From Acidobacteriota bacterium (GTDB lineage Bacteria > Acidobacteriota > Thermoanaerobaculia > Gp7-AA8): DNA of 64,000 nt. Below the pieces are notes generated by a model that saw nothing but the letters and a program-made list of their open reading frames with translations, had not been told where the DNA came from and made no database searches. This document shows, piece by piece, positions 27,955 through 36,361 of the stretch. Each line of letters opens with the position of its first letter. Position 1 is the first letter of the stretch. The stretch lies in assembly GCA_019244185.1 (NCBI GenBank), contig JAFATB010000026.1:148175-212174 (forward strand), written 5' to 3'. The position numbers were made by a program, and so were the translations under genes.

Positions 27955-29150
27955 TGATGACTAAGAAAAAGATCGCCTTCCTCTCCTTGTCCGTCGCGTT
28001 GATGCTCGTGCTGCTGGCCGGTGCGGTGTTCGGCCAGGCCACGCCGAAGAACAGCGTGTATCGCTACCTCAGCATCTTCTCCGAGGTCTTCGATCTCACG
28101 CGCAACAACTACGTCGACGAAGTGTCGAGCGAGCAGCTGATGGACGGCGCGTTCTCCGGCGTCACCGACGCCGTCGACGAGTTCAGCTACTACGTGCCGC
28201 CCGCGCAGATGGCCGCGTACAAAGGCTTCGAGGACGTCGAGGACAACGGCATCGGCCTCATCGTCACCAAACGTTTCGGCTACGCGTACGTCATCGCCGC
28301 GACGCCCGGCTCGCCCGCGGAAAAGGCGGGACTCGAGCGCGGCGACTTCGTCGAGAAGATCGACGGCCAGTCGCTGCAGAAGACGCCCATCTGGCAGATC
28401 CGCACGATGCTCCGCGCGAACCATCCCATCAAGCTGCAGGTCCTGCACGGCGGCGAGACGAAGCGCGACCAGGTCACCGTGCAGCACGCGAGCTTCCATC
28501 CGATCGCACTCGATACCGACAACCTCTCCGGCATCGCGTACATCCGCATCCCGTACTTCGAGCAGGGCACCGCGCAGCAGTTCCGTGCCGCGCTCGACAA
28601 CGTGCGCAAGAGCGGCGCGCGCAAGCTGATCGTCGACGTCCGCGGCAACGCCGGCGGCTCGGTCGACGACGCCATCGCCGCGGCCGACGAGCTGCTCACG
28701 AGCGGTCTCATCACCGCGCTCGAAGGCCGCAAGCTGCAGTCGAAGCGCTGGCAGGCCGACCGCAACACGTCGTTCGACGGCGAGGTCGAAGTGCTCGCCG
28801 ACATGTCCACCGCAGCCGGCGGCGAAGTCTTCGCGGCCGCCATCCGCGGCAACAACCGCGGCAAGGTCGTCGGCGTGACGACGTACGGCAAGTCCATCGT
28901 GCAGAAGTTCATCCCGCTCCCGAGCGGCGGCGGCGTGCAGATGACCGTCGGTCATTACACGACACCCGACCTCAAGCCGATCACCGAGACCGGCGTGAAG
29001 CCCGACGTGCTCGTCGACCTCACCGCGCAGGCGCTCGAACAGCAGGAAGACAAGAAGACCGGCCGCAAGACCGCCGAAGAGGACCTGATCCTCGAGAAGG
29101 CGCTGCAGCTCTTCGGCGCGCCCGCGACGGCGGCGAAGAAAGCCGCCTAG
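27954..29150 (+). CDS. S41 carboxy-terminal processing peptidase
   Basis: PDZ segment (GSPAEKAGLERGDFVEKIDGQS) and catalytic region LIVDVRGNAGGS...TYGKSIVQ. Confidence 0.85.
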   Translation: MMTKKKIAFLSLSVALMLVLLAGAVFGQATPKNSVYRYLSIFSEVFDLTRNNYVDEVSSEQLMDGAFSGVTDAVDEFSYYVPPAQMAAYKGFEDVEDNGIGLIVTKRFGYAYVIAATPGSPAEKAGLERGDFVEKIDGQSLQKTPIWQIRTMLRANHPIKLQVLHGGETKRDQVTVQHASFHPIALDTDNLSGIAYIRIPYFEQGTAQQFRAALDNVRKSGARKLIVDVRGNAGGSVDDAIAAADELLTSGLITALEGRKLQSKRWQADRNTSFDGEVEVLADMSTAAGGEVFAAAIRGNNRGKVVGVTTYGKSIVQKFIPLPSGGGVQMTVGHYTTPDLKPITETGVKPDVLVDLTAQALEQQEDKKTGRKTAEEDLILEKALQLFGAPATAAKKAA

Positions 29151-29674
29151 TTCTTCTCGTCTTTCTCGCTTTTTCCGCGCGTGGCGATGTAGACAGCGGC
29201 ATCCCACGCGTTGTGGATGCCGATGAACAGCAACGCCAGCGCGAGGGCGGCTGTCCAGTACAGCGCGCCGAGGATGTGGCGCCACGCGAGCGTGCCGGTG
29301 ATGAGCGCGACACCGTACGTGCCAATGGGGAAGCCGACGTGCCACAGCCAGTCCTCGAGCACCGGCGCGTAGCCGCTCTGGCGCCGCGCGCGGATCGCTG
29401 TGATGACGCCGTAGAACACGCCGAACGCGCCGATCGTCGCCAGGCAGAAGCCGAAGCTCGTCGGTGAATGGCGCGGCACGCAGGCGATCGCGGCGATCGT
29501 CAGCACGGAGCAGAAGTGCACGACCGTCGGCGTGCCGAACGCCTCGACCTGCTCCACGCTCCCGATGTGCGTCTCCGCACCGAGAGCCATGACGACGAAC
29601 TGCAGACCGGTCAGCGCGGCCGCGGCCGAGCCGACGATCACGTAGAACGTTTCCCACTCGTGCAGAGCCTGCAT
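29147..29674 (-). CDS. hypothetical integral membrane protein
   Basis: Five or six hydrophobic helices from MQALHEWETFYVIVGSAAAALTGLQFVV. Start taken at ATG 29672-29674 (the track ORF begins upstream, extending to 29848). Confidence 0.55.
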   Translation of the reverse strand: MQALHEWETFYVIVGSAAAALTGLQFVVMALGAETHIGSVEQVEAFGTPTVVHFCSVLTIAAIACVPRHSPTSFGFCLATIGAFGVFYGVITAIRARRQSGYAPVLEDWLWHVGFPIGTYGVALITGTLAWRHILGALYWTAALALALLFIGIHNAWDAAVYIATRGKSEKDEKN

Positions 29675-29723
29675 GCCGCGAGCGTAGCGTGCGCCGCGGC
29701 ACAAGACAACGCTACAATTCCGG

Positions 29724-30650
29724 TTGCGCATGCACGGACGGGACGGGGACGGGCGCGGTTCTTTTTCGACGATCGCGAAGCTGACGGCGATTCCACTGGC
29801 CGGGCTCGCGATGTTCTTTTTGTGGAACTGGATGCACGGCGGCATCACGCCGCCCGAAGCCGCGCGCGAAGTGCGCGCCTCGACCGCGTCGCTCGTCCCG
29901 CATCACAACGCCCCACCGACCGCACCGCCCGAAGAAGCGCTTCCGCGCGTGCAGGCGAAGCATCACGAGACGTCGCGCACGCGCGCATCGGGCCACGGCG
30001 GCTCCATCGTCCTCATCATCGACGACCTCGGCTTCGAAGGGCAGCCGCTCGATCGCCTCATGTCGCTCGACCCGAACGTCAACTGCGCGATCCTGCCGAA
30101 CGGCACGCGCGTCGACGAGTTCGCGCACGAGCTGCACGCGCGCGGCTTCGAGATCCTCTGCCATCTGCCGATGGAGCCGCAGGGACACGCCGCGCCGGGA
30201 CGCAACGCCATCCTCACGTCGATGTCCGACGACGAGATCGCGCGCGCCACCCGCGAGAACATCGAGGCCGTGCCGTTCGCGCGCGGCGTGAACAACCACA
30301 TGGGCTCGCGCGCGACGATGGACCGGCGCGTGATGACGAGCGTCATCGGCGCGATCCCGAACGGGATGTACTTCATCGACTCGCGGACGATCCCCGGCAG
30401 CATCGCCGCGAACGTCGCGCGCGAGCTGCATGTGCGCACCGCCGCGCGCAATGTCTTTCTCGACGACGTCGCCACCGACGCCGCCGTGCGGCGGCAGGTC
30501 GCGGAAGTCGCGCATCTCGCCGAAGAACACGGCGTCGCGATCGCAATCGGCCATCCGCATCCCGCCACGATGCGCGTGCTCGCGGAAGAGTTGCCGGCGC
30601 TGCGCGCGCGCGGCTTTCATCTGATCCGCGCGAGCGAAGTGGTTCGCTGA
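29724..30650 (+). CDS. divergent polysaccharide deacetylase family protein (YibQ-like)
   Basis: VLIIDDLGF...AILP...HLPMEP...NNHMGS...FIDSRT...IGHPH motifs typical of the YibQ/DUF610 family. Confidence 0.8.
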   Translation: MRMHGRDGDGRGSFSTIAKLTAIPLAGLAMFFLWNWMHGGITPPEAAREVRASTASLVPHHNAPPTAPPEEALPRVQAKHHETSRTRASGHGGSIVLIIDDLGFEGQPLDRLMSLDPNVNCAILPNGTRVDEFAHELHARGFEILCHLPMEPQGHAAPGRNAILTSMSDDEIARATRENIEAVPFARGVNNHMGSRATMDRRVMTSVIGAIPNGMYFIDSRTIPGSIAANVARELHVRTAARNVFLDDVATDAAVRRQVAEVAHLAEEHGVAIAIGHPHPATMRVLAEELPALRARGFHLIRASEVVR

Positions 30651-31384
30651 TGCTGCTCGCGTTGTTTCTCGTCGACGCCGCGGCCGGGCTCTATCTCTTC
30701 CTGCCACTCGTCGGACGCCGCAACGCCGGCGTGAAGTTCTACCGCCTCATTCTCCTCACCGGCGCGTCGCTCGCCCTCGGCGCCGCGATCGCGCACGCGA
30801 TGGCCGCGCATCGCGAGCTCGCGTACGCGGACGTCGCCATCGTCGCGCTGACGCTCGTCGTCTGGTTCGTGCTCCGCTATCCGAAGCGCCTCATCTACCG
30901 CGCCGCGTCCGTGCTCCTCGGCATCGCGTACCTCGTCGCCGCCGTGCTCGCGTATCACGCCGCCGTGCGTCCGCCGCATCTCGCATGGAGCATCGCCGGC
31001 GCGCTCGCGTCGCTCGCGCTTCTCGGCAGCGTCAATCTCGCCATGCTCCTCGGGCACTGGTATCTCGTCGTGCGCGGCATGTCGATCGATCCGCTGAAGC
31101 GCCTCACGATCGCGACGCTCGTCACCGCGTGCGTCAAGATCGCGCTCGTCGCCGTCGTGGTCGTGGTGTCGTGGCCCGGCGCGTTCGTGAAGGACATCTT
31201 CTTCTGGATGCGCGCGCTGTGGGGTCTCCTCGGCCCGCTCGCGCTGTATCCGATGGTGTGGGGCACCGTGCGCACGCGCTCGACGATGGCCGCGACCGGC
31301 ATCCTCTACGTCGACGTCGTGGCCGTCGTCATCGGCGAAGTGCTGGGTGGCTGGCTCTCGGCTCTGACGCATCTGCCGCTGTGA
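30650..31384 (+). CDS. hypothetical integral membrane protein (about 7 TM)
   Basis: TGATG overlap with the upstream gene. Hydrophobic helices run throughout (MLLALFLVDAAAGLYLFLPLVG...). Only the last 245 aa of track ORF 29468..31384 are real. Confidence 0.6.
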   Translation: MLLALFLVDAAAGLYLFLPLVGRRNAGVKFYRLILLTGASLALGAAIAHAMAAHRELAYADVAIVALTLVVWFVLRYPKRLIYRAASVLLGIAYLVAAVLAYHAAVRPPHLAWSIAGALASLALLGSVNLAMLLGHWYLVVRGMSIDPLKRLTIATLVTACVKIALVAVVVVVSWPGAFVKDIFFWMRALWGLLGPLALYPMVWGTVRTRSTMAATGILYVDVVAVVIGEVLGGWLSALTHLPL

Positions 31385-32660
31385 GCAGCGCGCGCACTGC
31401 AGCGGGAAGCCGCGACGTGTCGCCGACGTCGAGATAGCGCGCGAGCAATGCATCGACGTCGATCGGCGGTAGCGCGTCCGCCAATCGTTGCGCGACCTCG
31501 CCGCCGAGTCCCTTGCGGCGGCAGAGCGCAAACGCGAGCCGCGCCTCGTCCGCATCGCCGACGCATTCGAACGGCTTGTGCGCGTCGATGCCGAGGAGCT
31601 CGCGGAACCAGCGCTCGTTCTCCGGCATTGCCAGGATGTCGCGCGCGAACATGCCGTCGACATCGAGAAACGCGTTCAGCTGCAGAAACACGTACGCGCA
31701 TTTTGCGCAGCGCAGGCACCACGGCTTCGCAACGTTGCACGAATGCGTCTTGCGCACGGCCTCTTCCGCGCCGCGCAGGATGCGCACGATCGCGGCGTCG
31801 TACAGCGGCTTGAGGATGGAAACATACGCGCCGTCGGCGATCAGCTCGTCGCGCAGATACGCGTCGAGCAGCACTTCCGCCTCCGTCGACTTGCCCCATT
31901 GATGGTTGACCGGCTCGCCGTTCCAGACGAGGTTCGGCGCGTCGGCGCTGCGCTCGTTGCCGAGGATGAGCGTGCGGTGGCCGTGCTGCAGCATCAGTGG
32001 AAGCGCGTAGAAGAGCGAGATCGGCGTCTCCGCGCAGACGAGCGCCGCGCGCTCGTCGAAGTCATCCTCCGCGCGCATGCGATGGCGCCGCGCGACGTGC
32101 GCCGCGTCGAGCAGCGAGTCGATGAGCGCATGCTGCATCGCAGGATCGCCGTAGTCCGCGTGCGAGTAGGCGAAGGTGGCAAACGGCATCCGCGCGCGCT
32201 GCAGCAGCGTGATCGCCGCGAGCGAGTCTTTGCCGCCGCCGCAGAACGCCAGCGCATCGCCGCCGTCGCCGATGTGAATCGGCGTTGCCTCGCGCGGTGA
32301 GCCGCTGACAATCACGCGCGGCGCATATCCCGCGCGATCGTGCTCGTACCGCCACTGCCCGCCCACGCCCTCCCACACCCGCCGCCACAACGCCGCGAAG
32401 CGCGGCGTAAAGTACGCCGACGCCTCGCGCAGCTCCACGACCTCCGGCGCGAGCCCGAAGAACGGAATCGCCTCCATCATCGCCAGTTGTGCCGTGATGC
32501 GTTCGAGCAACGCCGCGCCGTAACGCGCCTCGAGCTCGAGAAAGTCGACGTCGTCGTAACGGCAGACGCGCGTGACCACGCGCGCATCGAGCGCGTACAC
32601 CATCGAGATCGCATTGCGCGTGCGCGACCAGCGGAGGAGGGCGACGCTACGCACGGCCAT
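31329..32660 (-). CDS. PP-loop (adenine nucleotide alpha-hydrolase) superfamily protein with C-terminal Cys cluster
   Basis: ALAFCGGGKDSLAAITLL is an SGGxDS-like PP-loop. HSCNVAKPWCLRCAKCAYVF is a Cys cluster. It overlaps the upstream gene by 14 nt. Confidence 0.7.
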   Translation of the reverse strand: MAVRSVALLRWSRTRNAISMVYALDARVVTRVCRYDDVDFLELEARYGAALLERITAQLAMMEAIPFFGLAPEVVELREASAYFTPRFAALWRRVWEGVGGQWRYEHDRAGYAPRVIVSGSPREATPIHIGDGGDALAFCGGGKDSLAAITLLQRARMPFATFAYSHADYGDPAMQHALIDSLLDAAHVARRHRMRAEDDFDERAALVCAETPISLFYALPLMLQHGHRTLILGNERSADAPNLVWNGEPVNHQWGKSTEAEVLLDAYLRDELIADGAYVSILKPLYDAAIVRILRGAEEAVRKTHSCNVAKPWCLRCAKCAYVFLQLNAFLDVDGMFARDILAMPENERWFRELLGIDAHKPFECVGDADEARLAFALCRRKGLGGEVAQRLADALPPIDVDALLARYLDVGDTSRLPAAVRALLTAADASEPRASHPALRR

Positions 32661-33267
32661 GCGCGCGATCCTCCAGGTGCTGCCACAGGTCGTCCTTCAA
32701 CGACGGCGGCGTCTGCGTTCCCGGCACGCCGCCGTTCCAAGCCTTCCAGTCCGCGCGCGTGATCCGCGGCGGCTCGCGCAGCTCGCGGAAATCCGCGCGG
32801 CAAACGAGCATCGCGTTGCAGATGGCCGCGCGGCGCCGGTACGAACCCTCCCAAACGCGGAGATCTTTCTGCGTCAGATCGGTGAAGTCGAGCGGCAACG
32901 GCGGATTGCGATCGACCATGCAGTTCCGCGGCAGCGCCAGTCCGCGCGCGCGATGCCATTCCGCGGCGCCGGCGTGCGACTCGAAACGCTCCAGCACGGT
33001 GAGCAGCGCCGTCAGCCGCCAATGCGCCTCGCGCTCGTCGTACCGGCCGAGCTTCGTCATGTACGCGACGCGATCGCATTTCTGCAGACGCGGCGCGAAG
33101 CGTTTCACGCGGCAGAGCGCGGAGATCGTCGGGAACTTCGCTTCGAGATCGGGCTCGCGCTGGCACGAGCCATCGATGAACGGCAGCAGGCCGTGCCGCG
33201 CGCTCGCTTCTCGTCCCGCGCGCGCGCCGCAGAGCGGCCGGTACGTCGACAGGAACGCTCTGCTCAT
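32647..33267 (-). CDS. hypothetical protein (206 aa, no recognised domain)
   Basis: It is the only frame here with protein-like composition (W/F/Y/K/D/E rich). It overlaps both flanking genes, by 4 nt and 14 nt. Confidence 0.55.
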   Translation of the reverse strand: MSRAFLSTYRPLCGARAGREASARHGLLPFIDGSCQREPDLEAKFPTISALCRVKRFAPRLQKCDRVAYMTKLGRYDEREAHWRLTALLTVLERFESHAGAAEWHRARGLALPRNCMVDRNPPLPLDFTDLTQKDLRVWEGSYRRRAAICNAMLVCRADFRELREPPRITRADWKAWNGGVPGTQTPPSLKDDLWQHLEDRAHGRA

Positions 33268-33971
33268 CCGCGGTAGTTCGGATCAAAGTCCGGCGTCGCC
33301 GTCTTCGAGTAGAGATACGGGTCGAGATTCTCTTCCGCGCGGAAGCGGGCGCCGGGCGTGTCGAAGGTCATGATCACGTTGATGCGCTCTTCGATCCCCG
33401 TCACGCGGCGGACGCTGTGGAGGCAGCGGTCGCCGCGCATGACGATCATGCGGCCGGGCGCGGGCGCGACGACGAGCGGCGCGGTGAAGCGCGTGAAGAA
33501 ACGCCAGATGCGGTCGAGGGCGCGCTGCGCCAAGGTGTCTTTCGCGCGGCCGAGGCGGAGGCGGTGGTTCGCGTACATCTCCGTCTCGCCGCCGCCGACG
33601 GAGTTGAGAAAGAGAATCGCGGTGACGGCGTTCCGGTCGTAGTGCCAGCGGTACTCGCCGCCGGGCGGGGTGAGGTTCACGTTCACGCTCGCGGTGCGGT
33701 TCGGCAGCGGGATGAGCGTCGCATCCGATGCGCGCACGAGCGCGCCGACGCGTTCGTACAGCGCGACGAGCGACGGCAAGTCTTCATGAATCGCATCGCC
33801 ATCGATGACCTTGTAGCGCAACGCCCGCTCGCCGTCTTCGCGCACGATGAGCGGCAGCTCGTGCCTCGCGGCGTACGCGTGGATCTCGTCGAGCAGTGCC
33901 GTGCAGGCCGCGTCGTCGAGATACGTTTCGACGATTGCGACCCCGTCGCGACGCAGCGTCAGCGCGCGCAT
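33264..33971 (-). CDS. 2OG-Fe(II) oxygenase (prolyl-4-hydroxylase-like)
   Basis: HxD...H facial triad candidates WHYDRN and CLHSV, plus the basic residue context ERINVIMTF. Start is ATG at 33969-33971 (the track ORF begins upstream, extending to 34673). Confidence 0.75.
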   Translation of the reverse strand: MRALTLRRDGVAIVETYLDDAACTALLDEIHAYAARHELPLIVREDGERALRYKVIDGDAIHEDLPSLVALYERVGALVRASDATLIPLPNRTASVNVNLTPPGGEYRWHYDRNAVTAILFLNSVGGGETEMYANHRLRLGRAKDTLAQRALDRIWRFFTRFTAPLVVAPAPGRMIVMRGDRCLHSVRRVTGIEERINVIMTFDTPGARFRAEENLDPYLYSKTATPDFDPNYRG

Positions 33972-34993
33972 GCGCTCTCCGCGGCCGTCTCGAGCAGCGT
34001 CGCGCGGAAGACGTCCCACGACTGACGTTCGTGCGCGACGGCGAGCAATGCGCCGCGGCGGGCGCGCCACGTGTCGTCGCTCCACGCGAGCATCGTCGCG
34101 ATGGCGTCGCGGTGCGCGTCGACGTCGCCCGGCTCGACCACGATGCAATGCTCGAGCACCGCGTCGTCGAGTCCCGACGCGCGCGTGGTGATCGGCACGC
34201 AGCCGGAGAAGATCGCCTCGAGCGCGGTGCCCATCTGTCCTTCGACGACGGTGGGGATGTACGCGAAGCGGCAGGAGCGGAGGAGGTCGCGATAGGGCGC
34301 CGAGCGGGAGTCGAGGTAACCGTGGTGCACGATGCTCCCATTGTTGCGCGAGTCGAGCCTCGCACGCCACGCCGGCTCCAGCTGACCGACCGCGTGCAGC
34401 CGCGTCACGCGCGCATCGATGCCGCTCCACGTCTCGAGCACGTCGTAAAAGCCCTTGCGCAGTCCGCAGTGCGTCGCCGGATAACAGAACTCTCGCCGCG
34501 CGTCCGCCGCCGGATGAAAGAGCGTCGCGTCGACGGAGTAGTTGAGCAGGCGGATCTTCGATCGCCAGCGCGGCGCAAACGTCGCGCGCGTGAACGAGTT
34601 GCCGACGAGCAGCACGACGTCCGCGCGCTCCATCGTCTCGTCGTGATCGAAATGCGGCGGCGGCGCATCCCACGCCGGCTCGCCGAGGCCGGTCGCCTCG
34701 ACGATCGGCGCGAGCGCACGCGCGCGATAGCCGGGGTCCGCGATCGCGTAGAGCACGACGTTGCGCGCGAAGCGGTTCGCACGCGCGGTGCGCGCGAACG
34801 ACCAGAAGTGTCCGACGAAGAACTCCGCCGTCAGACCGCGCGGCTGCGCGTCCGCGTCGAGATAGCAGACCGTTCCCAACTCGCGCAGCGCCGCGTAGAG
34901 ATGTTGTGCAATTTGTCCCGCCGAACAGTTGCCGCGCGGCGCGTCACCGTCCGGCGAGAAATAGGCCCGGAAGTACGAAAGGACGGAATGCAC
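33959..34993 (-). CDS. GT-B fold glycosyltransferase (GT4-like)
   Basis: E-x7-E motif in VVEGQMGTALEAIFSGCVPI and a Rossmann-like C-terminal half. Confidence 0.7.
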   Translation of the reverse strand: MHSVLSYFRAYFSPDGDAPRGNCSAGQIAQHLYAALRELGTVCYLDADAQPRGLTAEFFVGHFWSFARTARANRFARNVVLYAIADPGYRARALAPIVEATGLGEPAWDAPPPHFDHDETMERADVVLLVGNSFTRATFAPRWRSKIRLLNYSVDATLFHPAADARREFCYPATHCGLRKGFYDVLETWSGIDARVTRLHAVGQLEPAWRARLDSRNNGSIVHHGYLDSRSAPYRDLLRSCRFAYIPTVVEGQMGTALEAIFSGCVPITTRASGLDDAVLEHCIVVEPGDVDAHRDAIATMLAWSDDTWRARRGALLAVAHERQSWDVFRATLLETAAESACAR

Positions 34994-35043
34994 GCGTCCG
35001 GTTGTACATTAGTTCCTGCCTTGCGGCAATTACTTCTCGTGCG

Positions 35044-35478
35044 TCACTTCTCTTCCGCTCCCGGCGGCGCGGCGCCGTAGACGTGGCGGTCGTGCGTCGC
35101 CAGATCGAACGGCGGAATGGCCGGATTCGGGGCGTAGCCGCGATGCACCGCCTGACATTCGTAGCAGACGATGACGTCTTTCACCACGCGCCAGACGATG
35201 TAGTCGAGCACCGTCACGGCGAGGAGCGAGAGTCCCCACGTCCACGGCACGAAGACCGCGCCGACGGCGACGAGCGCGATGCCGGTCGTGCGGTTGAAGT
35301 CCTTCTGCACATACAGCTCGGCGTGGCCGCACGCGGCGCATTGACCGATTACGGCGTCTTCCGCCGGCGCCACCACGTTCGTCTGCGCGCCGCAGAAATC
35401 GCACGCGCGCGCCGGCTCGCCCGCGACGCGCGCCAGCCGCGCCTCGCATTGCGGGCAGAGATAGTGGACGCTGGCCAT
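35044..35478 (-). CDS. zinc-ribbon membrane protein (hypothetical)
   Basis: CPQC...CDFC and CAAC...CYEC pairs flank two TM helices. Start at MASVHYLCPQC (ATG 35476-35478). Confidence 0.6.
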   Translation of the reverse strand: MASVHYLCPQCEARLARVAGEPARACDFCGAQTNVVAPAEDAVIGQCAACGHAELYVQKDFNRTTGIALVAVGAVFVPWTWGLSLLAVTVLDYIVWRVVKDVIVCYECQAVHRGYAPNPAIPPFDLATHDRHVYGAAPPGAEEK

Positions 35479-35534
35479 CTTAGTGTTCGCTGTCGAACTG
35501 ACGCGTGCTCGCCTGTTACCTATTCTGCACGCGC

Positions 35535-35732
35535 ATGGCGCGGTATGGCATCGACGAAGTCGCTCAGTTGCTCGTTCACGTCGCCGGCAGTGTGCGGGAG
35601 TTGCGCGCGGAGCTCGCCGCACTCGCGCTCGCGCCCACCGAGAAGCTGTACTTCACATGCATTCTGAACGCGATCGAATCGAGCGCGGCGTCGCTCTCGG
35701 AGTCGGTGCTGCACTCCGAGCACGAGCACTGA
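35535..35732 (+). CDS. hypothetical small protein (65 aa)
   Basis: Strong GC3 bias in this frame; sequence MARYGIDEVAQLLVHVAGSVRELRAELAALA.... It is convergent with efp, and the two stops form TGATCA. Confidence 0.4.
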   Translation: MARYGIDEVAQLLVHVAGSVRELRAELAALALAPTEKLYFTCILNAIESSAASLSESVLHSEHEH

Positions 35733-36290
35733 TCAGCGCGCGCGCTCGATGTAGCGGTTGTCGCTCGGGTCGACGATGATCTCTTCGCCCTCGGTGACGA
35801 ACGGCGGGACCTGCACGACGACGCCGTTCTCCAGCGTGGCCGGCTTGTACGACGACGACTGCGTCGCGCCTTTGACCATCGGCTGCGTCTCGGCGATCTT
35901 CACCTTCATCGTCTTCGGCAGCTCGACGCCGATCGGCCGCGACTCGTGGAACTGCACCTGGATCTTCAGGCCGGGCTGGAGCCACGACGCCGCGTCGCCG
36001 AGGTCCTCCTCGCTGATCTCCACCTGCTCGTAGTTCTCCGTGTTCATGAAGTGGTGCGCGTGGCCGTCCGAGTAGAGGTACTCCATCTCGTGCTGGGAGA
36101 TGTACGCCTGCTCGATGTCGTCGTTCGAGCGGAAGCGGTGCTCGAACTGGTTGCCGGTGCGCAGGTTGCGCAGCTTGGCCTGCACCATCGCGCGGAGGTT
36201 GCCGGGCGTGTGGTGGCGGAAGTCCATCACCTTGCAGAGGTCTCCCTCGAACATGATGACGATCCCTTTACGAATGTCGTTGGCCTGCAT
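35733..36290 (-). CDS. efp: elongation factor P
   Basis: Gap-free alignment by eye to E. coli EF-P across the N-terminal domain; OB-fold domains II and III present (KGATQSSSYKPATLENGVVVQVPPFV). Start at MQANDIRKG (ATG 36288-36290). Confidence 0.9.
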   Translation of the reverse strand: MQANDIRKGIVIMFEGDLCKVMDFRHHTPGNLRAMVQAKLRNLRTGNQFEHRFRSNDDIEQAYISQHEMEYLYSDGHAHHFMNTENYEQVEISEEDLGDAASWLQPGLKIQVQFHESRPIGVELPKTMKVKIAETQPMVKGATQSSSYKPATLENGVVVQVPPFVTEGEEIIVDPSDNRYIERAR

Positions 36291-36361
36291 TTGAATCCTT
36301 TCGACGGGGTATAAACTCGCGGAGCCGCGGCATTGTAGCCGCACGTGGAGAGACGAACATC

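Noticed and set aside
31329-31384. 56-nt 3-prime/3-prime overlap between the convergent membrane-protein gene and the PP-loop gene.
   Set aside because: Late stop codons in GC-rich DNA readily produce such overlaps. Neither C-terminal tail looks conserved or structured, so no special significance is claimed.
34993-36290. The idea that efp and the GT/2OG/PP-loop operon form one transcription unit dedicated to EF-P modification.
   Set aside because: efp ends stop-to-stop against a small convergent ORF. A divergent promoter region (35479-35534) and a zinc-ribbon gene also intervene. Co-transcription is unlikely, so this is kept only as a weak hypothesis inside the EF-P finding.
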